Source: an uncultured bacterium (GTDB taxonomy: Bacteria > Patescibacteriota > Minisyncoccia > UBA6257 > GWB1-50-10). Taken from it: a stretch of DNA of 64,000 nt. Positions 56,929 through 64,000 of this stretch are shown in pieces. Location of the stretch: positions 72,230 through 136,229 of the forward strand of contig CAVYJB010000002.1 in assembly GCA_963768835.1 (NCBI GenBank), given 5' to 3'. Every line of letters starts with the position of its first letter. The first letter of the stretch is position 1. Below the pieces are notes generated by a model. The model did not search any database, was not told the DNA's origin, and saw nothing but the letters and a program-made list of their open reading frames with translations. The position numbers and the translations under genes are program-made.

Positions 56929-58611
56929 TTAAGAACGTTCGCCCTTCGGCCAGACAAGAGGTCCTGTTACATCTTCCACCTCCTTGAATGTCGTAATGCC
57001 CTGGAAAACCTTTAGGACGCCATCCTCCTGCATTGTAGTCATCCCTTGCTTGCGTGCCAAGTCCTTAAGCTCGATTTCGGTCGGATTTCGATAAATCGCC
57101 TGCTCTATAACGTCGCTTACCAGGAAAAGCTCAAAAATAGAAGTCCGTCCTCGGTATCCGATGCCGCCACACATCTCGCACCCCTTAGCTTCAAAAAGCG
57201 TTGCGTTTTTGAAATGACCAGCGTCTGCGCGGGATGGCAGCGAGGAGAGGAAAGTGCTGACGCGCCCCTCCCATTCCTTGGTTAGGGGGACGGGGACGCG
57301 GCAATGGGGGCAGAGGATTCGGACGAGTCGCTGAGCAATTACGAGAGAGAGGGCGGGGCCCAGGATTTGTGGCTTAGCGCCAAGATCCAGGAGGCGAGGG
57401 ATAGCTCCTACTGCGTCGTTTGTGTGAAGGGTGGAAAAAACGAGGTGGCCCGTGAGACTGGCATTCATAGCGATGTCGGCTGTTTCGGCATCCCGTATCT
57501 CACCAACAAGAATGACGTCCGGGTCCTGTCGGAGAATGGAGCGGAGGCCGTTCGCGAAGGTGTAGCCCGCCTCGGCATCAACCTGTGTCTGAGAAATACC
57601 GGCGATGTGATATTCGATCGGGTCTTCGACTGTGATGATTTTAATCTCAGGAGAAAATATGTTCTGAAGGAAAGCGTAAAGCGTGGTCGTTTTTCCGGAG
57701 CCAGTGGGGCCGGTGTTTAGGATAAGTCCGTTGGGTTCTCGGAGAACCTGTTTTACGATCTCGAGATCGTCGGGACGCCACCCCAAATCCTCAAGATTCA
57801 CCTTAAGAGCGTGTGGATCAAGGAGTCGAAGGACCACTGTTTCCCCATACTCGGAAGGAATAATAGAAGTCCTAACTTCAATGTCGCGATCGGAGAGCGA
57901 AACAGTGAAACGCCCATCCTGTGCTTGGTCGTGGATGTTAAGTTTCAGGTTTGAAAGAAGTTTGATGCGGGTAATGATTGAGTTATAGGCGTGCAAAGGG
58001 AGCTCATCTGTCGCTGAGTGGAGAACACCGTCCATACGAACGCGGAGCGCTCCGCTGGTCTCTCCAGGTTCTAGGTGAACATCGGATGCGGCGAGGGCGA
58101 TAGCTCCGCCGAGGACCACCTCGAGGAGTTCCGTAGTGAGAGGGCTTTTAAAGTCATGGATAGAACGTCGCAGATTGTCGAGTGTCCGAATCTCCTCCTG
58201 AAGTTTTGTTAGGCGCGCCTTATCAATCTCTATTCGGCCGCTGATCTCGTGGCTTTCCTTTCCTACGTACCGGTAGAAGGCCCACGCGTGCTCGAGCCCG
58301 CTCAAGGAACACACCGCCACCGTCACGGTATAGGTTTCCCCCAAGCGGTCAATGACCGCCTTAGTTTCCGGTCGATGTGGATCGAGCGCCGCAACAGTCA
58401 AATCCTTCCTCACGAGCTGGAGTGGCACCAAAAATGCTGCGCGCGCCTCTGCTTCTGGCACAAGCGCCATCGCCTTCAGTTCCGTGGGTACCTTAGCGGA
58501 GACGAGGTTTAGGTAGGGGAAACCAAGGCTGATAGCCCGACGCTCTGCATCGGCCTCCTCGGCCTGCCGGCGCTGCTGCCGCATCTTCTCGAGGAGCTCC
58601 TTGGTGTCCAT
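56929..58611 (-). CDS. GspE/PilB-family type II secretion or type IV pilus assembly ATPase
   Basis: Walker A 'GPTGSGKTT', Asp box, Walker B, His box, and C-terminal tetracysteine 'CPHC...CEMC'; start taken at MDTKELLEKM. Confidence 0.8.
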   Translation of the reverse strand: MDTKELLEKMRQQRRQAEEADAERRAISLGFPYLNLVSAKVPTELKAMALVPEAEARAAFLVPLQLVRKDLTVAALDPHRPETKAVIDRLGETYTVTVAVCSLSGLEHAWAFYRYVGKESHEISGRIEIDKARLTKLQEEIRTLDNLRRSIHDFKSPLTTELLEVVLGGAIALAASDVHLEPGETSGALRVRMDGVLHSATDELPLHAYNSIITRIKLLSNLKLNIHDQAQDGRFTVSLSDRDIEVRTSIIPSEYGETVVLRLLDPHALKVNLEDLGWRPDDLEIVKQVLREPNGLILNTGPTGSGKTTTLYAFLQNIFSPEIKIITVEDPIEYHIAGISQTQVDAEAGYTFANGLRSILRQDPDVILVGEIRDAETADIAMNASLTGHLVFSTLHTNDAVGAIPRLLDLGAKPQILGPALSLVIAQRLVRILCPHCRVPVPLTKEWEGRVSTFLSSLPSRADAGHFKNATLFEAKGCEMCGGIGYRGRTSIFELFLVSDVIEQAIYRNPTEIELKDLARKQGMTTMQEDGVLKVFQGITTFKEVEDVTGPLVWPKGERS

Positions 58612-58719
58612 TGGTAGCTCCAGTGTAGCGCGTTTCTTATCCACCAGCAAGGAAAATATTGATTTTTTCTCATGTGTCTTGCTGGCGCACCGGCCGGAAG
58701 AGGATACAATAAAAGACGC

Positions 58720-59577
58720 ATGATCATCTTGCTTCACGGCGAGGACTCGTATGGACGGGAGCGTAAGCTCAAAGACCTCGTCCGTGAATATCGTTCAAAA
58801 CACGTCGCAGCCGATCTTCTCTCCGCGGATCTCGATGATGATCCCGGGGCATGGGTCAAGGTCCGCGACTTTCTTTCACAACCATCACTCTTTGTAGACT
58901 CAAAGATTGCTGTGATCCGCGGGGGTGCTTCAGTAAACGAGAAAGGTTGGGCTGCGGCGCTACGGAGCGAGCTCGAAAGTGCGCGGACCTTCATTGTGAT
59001 TTCAGACCAGGGAACTCCTCTCAGGGCCCTCGCTTTTCTTCTTAAACCCCCCGTTCTTCAGCAAACATTCCCCTTGCTTGAAGGATCTACGTTGAGCACC
59101 TTTGTTCGGAAAGAGGCGGCCGTCCGGAAACTTGCGTTTGCGGGCGAGGGCCTTAGGTTTTTTCTAGAATACGTTACAGGCTACGATGCCGATCCGGGTG
59201 ATCCGAGAAAAAAACGAGGAATGGACAGGGGCTGGCTTATTATAAACGAGCTGGAAAAGGTAAGACTTGCAGGGTTCGAGGAACCGATTTCAGAGGAGGA
59301 CCTCCGAAGTCTTCTCCGATGGTCGGCAGATTCTGCGCTCTTCTCGATAGCTGGAAAGATTCTTCGTGGTTCGACTCCTGGAATGAAACTTATCAGTCTT
59401 GAGACGGCGCTCCGTCGTAATGACGCACCCCATGTCTTCAACCTCGTTTCGTATCAAGCCTCAGGCGCGCTGGCGACGTCACTAGCCCACTACGACATTT
59501 CTATCAAAAGCGGCGGCCTGGAATACGAGGAGGCGCTGACCAGTTTTGCGCTCCAGAACGGAACTCCCTCCGAATAA
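58720..59577 (+). CDS. holA: DNA polymerase III delta subunit-like protein
   Basis: 'MIILLHGEDSYGRERKL' resembles the HolA N-terminus; length ~285 aa; weak overall similarity. Confidence 0.45.
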   Translation: MIILLHGEDSYGRERKLKDLVREYRSKHVAADLLSADLDDDPGAWVKVRDFLSQPSLFVDSKIAVIRGGASVNEKGWAAALRSELESARTFIVISDQGTPLRALAFLLKPPVLQQTFPLLEGSTLSTFVRKEAAVRKLAFAGEGLRFFLEYVTGYDADPGDPRKKRGMDRGWLIINELEKVRLAGFEEPISEEDLRSLLRWSADSALFSIAGKILRGSTPGMKLISLETALRRNDAPHVFNLVSYQASGALATSLAHYDISIKSGGLEYEEALTSFALQNGTPSE

Positions 59578-59604
59578 AAAACCCGCCAATGCGGCGGGTT
59601 CTTA

Positions 59605-59865
59605 TTATTTCCGATTGAGCGATTTTGTAAGACGGGATTTCAGCCGATCTACTCTCCCGCGAGGAACAATCCCTGTTTTAGCGGCTTTATCGAGTGCTTT
59701 GTAAACTGCCGAAAGGTTTGCGCGCGCTTCATCTTGTTTGCCCGTGCTGGCAAGCCGGCGGAACTTCTTGAGCGTCGATTGAAGCCCCGCCCGCTGGGTG
59801 AGATTTCTCTTTCGCCGACGGACGTTCTGGCGAAGCGCCTTCTTGGCAGAGGTGGTTCGTGGCAT
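59605..59865 (-). CDS. rpsT: 30S ribosomal protein S20
   Basis: 'MPRTTSAKKALRQNVRRRKRN...' is the S20 signature; 86 aa. Confidence 0.85.
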   Translation of the reverse strand: MPRTTSAKKALRQNVRRRKRNLTQRAGLQSTLKKFRRLASTGKQDEARANLSAVYKALDKAAKTGIVPRGRVDRLKSRLTKSLNRK

Positions 59866-59947
59866 GTTGGTCTCCATTAAAGCGCAAGGATGTCGCGGTG
59901 TCAAGAAATTTCACAAGATACTCGTTCTCCTATACTATGAAAGGGAA

Positions 59948-60529
59948 ATGCTCTATACGCTGACCGGCACACTCCGGGGAACTAGTGAAGGAGCCTTCGT
60001 TGTGGAGATAGGAGGCTTAGGTATTCGCATCCTCACGAACGGACGTACTCTTGAGCGGCTTCCCGGGGCTGGAGCGACGGTGACGCTCTACACGCGGCTT
60101 TATATCCGCGAGGATCAATGGGAGCTCTACGGTTTTCTTGAGGAACAGACCCTGAAGCTCTTCGAACTCCTGATCGGCGTTTCAAGCGTTGGACCCAAAA
60201 CCGCACTCGGTGTTCTCGAGAGCGACTCGGTTGAAAACCTCATCGCGGCTATTCTTGAGCGGCGCCCAGAGCTTCTCACTCGGGCGCCTGGCATCGGACG
60301 GAAGACTGCCGAACGAGTCATTCTCGAGCTTCAGAACAAAGTGCGTCTCGCGGGTGCAACCGCTCGGACTGAAGCGATGGATTTGAACGCGGAAGTTGAA
60401 GATGCGCTAGTCGGTTTGGGATATCGGCGCGCCGATGTGCGACGTGTCCTTGAAAAACTTGATTCTAAGGAAAAAACACTTGAAGAGAGGCTCCGAGCCG
60501 CGCTTCGCGCACTCGGCAACCGCACCTAA
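59948..60529 (+). CDS. ruvA: Holliday junction DNA helicase RuvA
   Basis: 193 aa from MLYTLTGTL; OB domain, HhH motifs 'GVSSVGPKTALGVL' and 'APGIGRKTAERVILEL'. Confidence 0.85.
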   Translation: MLYTLTGTLRGTSEGAFVVEIGGLGIRILTNGRTLERLPGAGATVTLYTRLYIREDQWELYGFLEEQTLKLFELLIGVSSVGPKTALGVLESDSVENLIAAILERRPELLTRAPGIGRKTAERVILELQNKVRLAGATARTEAMDLNAEVEDALVGLGYRRADVRRVLEKLDSKEKTLEERLRAALRALGNRT

Positions 60530-60530
60530 T

Positions 60531-61802
60531 ATGGCGTCGCTTCTCTCCTTCTACCATCTCCTCTGGGCCTTTTGGGGAAACTTGTGGTACGGCCGTCCGA
60601 GTCGGAAGCTCTTTGTGATTGGTGTGACTGGGACAAAAGGGAAATCGACGGTAGTCGAACTCATGAACACCATCCTCGAGGCGTCCGGGCGCTCTACCGC
60701 GGTCCTAAACTCGGTTCGTAGGAAGGTTGGTGACGAAGATTCCACGAACATGACCGGGAACTCGATGCCAGGGCATGCGCTCATCCAACGATTTCTCCGA
60801 GATGCCGTTCGGGCGCAGTGTTCATATGCGCTTGTCGAGGTAACGTCCGAAGGGGTTCTCCAGCACCGGCACCGCTTCATCGACTGGGATGCCGGGACGT
60901 TTCTAAACCTCGCTCCTGAGCACCTGGAACGGCACGGCTCCTTTGGGGCGTACCGGGCCGCAAAAGTGCGGTTTTTTAGCGATTTTGCCCGATCCGGAAA
61001 ACGTCGGAAGTACCTCTTTGTGAACGAACAGGACGCGAACCATCAGTACTTTGCGGATGCCGCTCGCGGTGTGCCTGGCGTTACCCTCACGTACTTCAGC
61101 CGAGAGCGCTTCGTAGCCGAAGAGCTTGGAGGACGGTACGACCTCCACTCGCTTGAAGGGAGGCGCATGGTAGGGGACTGGCTTACCGCGGATTTCAATC
61201 TTGAGAACGCTGCAGCCGCAGTCGCCCTCGCGAGAGTTCAGGGGATTGATTGGGATACTATCCGACGGGGCCTCGATAGCTTTCATGGGGTGCCCGGGCG
61301 CCTTGAATATGTACAAAAGAAGCCATTTGCAGCGATTGTTGATTACGCGCACACACCAGACTCGCTCGAGAAGATATACAGCGCCATCGAGATGAGCGTT
61401 CTTCAGGAAACAAAAGGCCACCTCATCGGTGTCCTTGGGTCTGCGGCCGGTGGTCGCGATACTTGGAAAAGGCCCGTGATGGGCCGCATTGCCGCAGAGC
61501 ATTGCGATTCGCTAATCCTTACAAACGAAGATCCGTTCGATGAGGATCCACGCGCGATCGTGGATGCGATCGCTTTGGGTTTTAAGGACGCTAAATCAAG
61601 GAAGCTGAGAGCAGGGAACATAGAGATCGTCCTCGACCGACGGGAGGCTGTTCGGCGAGCGATAAAACTCGCCCATCCGGGCGATGCGGTAATTGTGACA
61701 GGAAAAGGCAGCGAGCCCTATCTCCATCTTGCGGGAGGCGTGCGCGCTCCCTGGAGTGACCGACGCGTCGTTGAAGAAGCGCTTGCCGCGAGCGGGCAGT
61801 AG
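60531..61802 (+). CDS. Mur ligase family protein (MurE/MurF-like)
   Basis: P-loop 'VIGVTGTKGKSTV' and 'DYAHTPDSLEKIY' are Mur ligase middle/C-terminal signatures; start taken at MASLLSF. Confidence 0.6.
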   Translation: MASLLSFYHLLWAFWGNLWYGRPSRKLFVIGVTGTKGKSTVVELMNTILEASGRSTAVLNSVRRKVGDEDSTNMTGNSMPGHALIQRFLRDAVRAQCSYALVEVTSEGVLQHRHRFIDWDAGTFLNLAPEHLERHGSFGAYRAAKVRFFSDFARSGKRRKYLFVNEQDANHQYFADAARGVPGVTLTYFSRERFVAEELGGRYDLHSLEGRRMVGDWLTADFNLENAAAAVALARVQGIDWDTIRRGLDSFHGVPGRLEYVQKKPFAAIVDYAHTPDSLEKIYSAIEMSVLQETKGHLIGVLGSAAGGRDTWKRPVMGRIAAEHCDSLILTNEDPFDEDPRAIVDAIALGFKDAKSRKLRAGNIEIVLDRREAVRRAIKLAHPGDAVIVTGKGSEPYLHLAGGVRAPWSDRRVVEEALAASGQ

Positions 61803-61835
61803 CGTACCGCAAAGAAAACGCCTATCCTTAGTTCC

Positions 61836-63197
61836 ATGGATATCCGACTTACCTTCCACGGCGGCGCACAGAGCGTTACTGGTTCCAACTATCTTTTGGA
61901 GGCGGACGGCACGAAAATCTTGATTGACTGCGGCATGCACCAAGGCTCGAGTTATTGTGAGGCGCATAACTTTGAACCTTTTCCTTACCAACCGAGAGAG
62001 ATTGCGGCAGTCTTCGTGACCCATGCCCACATTGACCACACGGGGCGCCTCCCGCAGCTTGTGAAATCCGGCTTTCAGGGGACAATCTACTCCACCCACC
62101 CCACAAAAGACATGGGGGAATTTCTGCTCCTCGACTCGGAACATATCATGCGGGAGGAAGCCGAACACAAGAAGACGCCACCCCTTTACACGGGACTCGA
62201 CGTGGAGAAAACGATGGCTGTCTGGCGCAAAATCGGGTACCACACGCCAGTCACCGTGGGCCCTTTTACGGTGGAGTTTTATGACGCAGGGCATATTCTA
62301 GGGTCGAGTTCGGCGGTTGTTCGCGTAGATGGAAAGACCATCGCATTTTCGGGAGACCTTGGAAACGTACCAAGTCTTTTCATAAAACCGACAGAATATA
62401 TTCCGGACGCGGACTACGCACTCGTGGAGTCAACCTATGGGAACCGAATTCACGAACGGGGAGATAAGCGCATTAACATTTTGGAGGACGTGGTTGAAGA
62501 AGCGATCCAGTCGAGAGGCGTACTTATGATTCCCGCCTTTGCGCTCGAACGAACACAGGAAATGATTTTTGAATTGAACGAACTCGTGAAGCACGGGAGT
62601 GTCCCCCGAGTCCCCGTTTTCGTTGACAGCCCGCTCGCCATCAGGCTTACGGGGGTTTACCAGAAGTACTCTGAGGATCCAGAGTACTTTAACGACGCCT
62701 CGATAAAGCTTGTTAAAAAAGGGGACCTTCTTTTCGATTTTCCGGGGCTTACTATGACGCTCACAACCGAGCAGTCGAAAGCGATCAACGATATTCCTCC
62801 GCCCAAGGTGGTAGTGGCGGGTGCCGGGATGTCTAATGCGGGACGCATCTTGCATCATGAGCGGCGCTATTTGCCGGATCCCGCCAGTACAATCCTCTTT
62901 GTCGGATATCAGGCGGGTGGAACTCTCGGAAGAATGATCCTCGATGGCGCATCCACCGTAAAGATGTTCGGTGAGACAGTACCAATCCGATGTCGCCGAC
63001 GGGCGATTGGTGGCTACTCCGCTCACGCGGACCAGCCGCAGCTCATGGCGTGGGTAAGTGCGATGCGGGAGCAGGTGAAACGCGTGTTCGTGGTGCAAGG
63101 CGAAGCGTCAGAAGCCGGGCCTCTGGCGCAACGGATACGGGACGAACTAGCCGTGAACGCACAAATTCCTTCCGCGGGTGAGAGCGTGGTGTTATAA
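61836..63197 (+). CDS. beta-CASP-family MBL-fold ribonuclease (RNase J/CPSF-like)
   Basis: 'FVTHAHIDHTGRLP' HxHxDH motif, beta-CASP motifs, C-terminal His; 453 aa. Confidence 0.7.
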   Translation: MDIRLTFHGGAQSVTGSNYLLEADGTKILIDCGMHQGSSYCEAHNFEPFPYQPREIAAVFVTHAHIDHTGRLPQLVKSGFQGTIYSTHPTKDMGEFLLLDSEHIMREEAEHKKTPPLYTGLDVEKTMAVWRKIGYHTPVTVGPFTVEFYDAGHILGSSSAVVRVDGKTIAFSGDLGNVPSLFIKPTEYIPDADYALVESTYGNRIHERGDKRINILEDVVEEAIQSRGVLMIPAFALERTQEMIFELNELVKHGSVPRVPVFVDSPLAIRLTGVYQKYSEDPEYFNDASIKLVKKGDLLFDFPGLTMTLTTEQSKAINDIPPPKVVVAGAGMSNAGRILHHERRYLPDPASTILFVGYQAGGTLGRMILDGASTVKMFGETVPIRCRRRAIGGYSAHADQPQLMAWVSAMREQVKRVFVVQGEASEAGPLAQRIRDELAVNAQIPSAGESVVL

Positions 63198-63204
63198 TTT
63201 AAGT

Positions 63205-63825
63205 ATGCCTATGAAAAAAATTCTCACGCCCAGGAATCACAGTAACCACAATCATCATCTTAAGTACAAAATCTGTGTCTCGGGCGCGGCAGAAACGGGG
63301 CACTGTGCGGCCGGCGCCCTTGAGAAAGCCGAAGCTGTCGGGCGAGCCATCGCGAACCAAGGGTCGGTTCTTCTGACGGGAGCAACGACCGGCGTTCCCT
63401 ACTGGTCGGCTAAGGGAGCAAAAGCAGAAGGTGGCATCGTGATCGGCCTTTCGCCGGCTTCCTCAAAACTTGCTCACCTAAAAACCTATCGCTTGCCTCT
63501 CGACTATCACGATCTCGTGATTTACACCGGTTTTGACTACGCCGGCAGAAATCTCCTTCTCACACGCTCTGCGGATGCGGTTATTGTTATCTGTGGACGC
63601 ATGGGCACCCTAAATGAATTCACGATTGCGTTTGAAGACCAAAAACCCATTGGTGTGCTTGAGGGTAGCGGAGGTCTCGCCGACCGTCTGAAAGAGCTTA
63701 TTGAACAATCCCACCGAGGTCCGGGGCGAGTGATCTTCGATGCCGATCCTGAAAAACTCGTTGCGCGACTTCTGGACCTTGTTGAAAACGAGGAGGAGAA
63801 GAACGGCGTAAAAGGTCGAATATAG
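63205..63825 (+). CDS. TIGR00725/LOG-like Rossmann-fold nucleotide-binding protein
   Basis: 'KICVSGAAETGHC...VLLTGATTG...AVIVICGRMGTLNE' matches the DprA/LOG-like SLOG fold. Confidence 0.55.
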   Translation: MPMKKILTPRNHSNHNHHLKYKICVSGAAETGHCAAGALEKAEAVGRAIANQGSVLLTGATTGVPYWSAKGAKAEGGIVIGLSPASSKLAHLKTYRLPLDYHDLVIYTGFDYAGRNLLLTRSADAVIVICGRMGTLNEFTIAFEDQKPIGVLEGSGGLADRLKELIEQSHRGPGRVIFDADPEKLVARLLDLVENEEEKNGVKGRI

Positions 63826-63846
63826 ATAGAGATTCCTACGCTATAC

Positions 63847-64000
63847 GATGGCCATGTTCGATTTTCTAAGAAGGAAGAACACCACACCTAAGGCGTCCGG
63901 AAAACCTACAGGACCCGTGAAGGTGGGGAAACCCATCGGGGTGGTAACACACTACTTCGGTCACCTCTCGGTCGCCATTGTGAAATTCAGCCGTGCCGTT
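63847..64000 (+). CDS. hypothetical protein (5' partial, runs off the window)
   Basis: ORF starts MAMFDFLRRKN and remains open to the window end. Confidence 0.3.

Noticed and set aside
1-64000. CRISPR arrays, rRNA genes, IS transposases
   Set aside because: No short direct repeats with regular spacers, no rRNA-like conserved stretches and no DDE or IS200-type transposase ORFs were found; the only mobility genes are the large serine recombinase and the Xer-family recombinase.

Overview
High-GC (roughly 55-60% by eye) bacterial chromosomal window. The gene content suggests a small-genome, CPR/Patescibacteria-like organism, though this is inference only. The many long antisense ORFs in the six-frame track are typical shadow ORFs of GC-rich DNA. 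Contents, in order: rpsA; a gyrA that is full length but broken by about 10 or more frameshifts; a solute-binding-protein gene translationally coupled to two TrbC/VirB2-like pilin genes and followed by a GT39 glycosyltransferase; a duplicated minus-strand operon of membrane proteins sharing an unrecognised, conserved C-terminal domain, each copy followed by a near-identical terminator; tRNA-Leu(UAG); and, directly abutting its 3' end, a ~6.5 kb AT-rich island (12683-19158). The island carries a large serine recombinase, two nested inverted-repeat pairs that meet at a shared CCACAA junction core, and two defence-like cassettes: XRE-HTH plus a small protein plus a Shedu/DUF4263-like nuclease, and a GGCT/AIG2-like protein plus a DUF262/DUF1524 GmrSD-like nuclease. 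After the island come a glycosyltransferase cluster with an embedded Xer recombinase; rpsO-NYN-pnp; DksA-like; a LysM-M23 peptidase; ksgA; an ~11 kb T4SS-like pilus locus (secreted proteins, VirB6-like, VirB3-like, VirB4 split into two ORFs, a third pilin paralog); the origin region (rpmH-rnpA-yidC-jag on the minus strand, then dnaA, DnaA boxes, dnaN); PBP1A; ruvC-yebC; an orphan histidine kinase; polA; tsaE; ruvB; a candidate structured small RNA; an orphan PilB/GspE ATPase; a holA-like gene; rpsT; ruvA; a Mur ligase; a beta-CASP RNase; and a TIGR00725-like protein. No rRNA, CRISPR array or IS transposase was seen.
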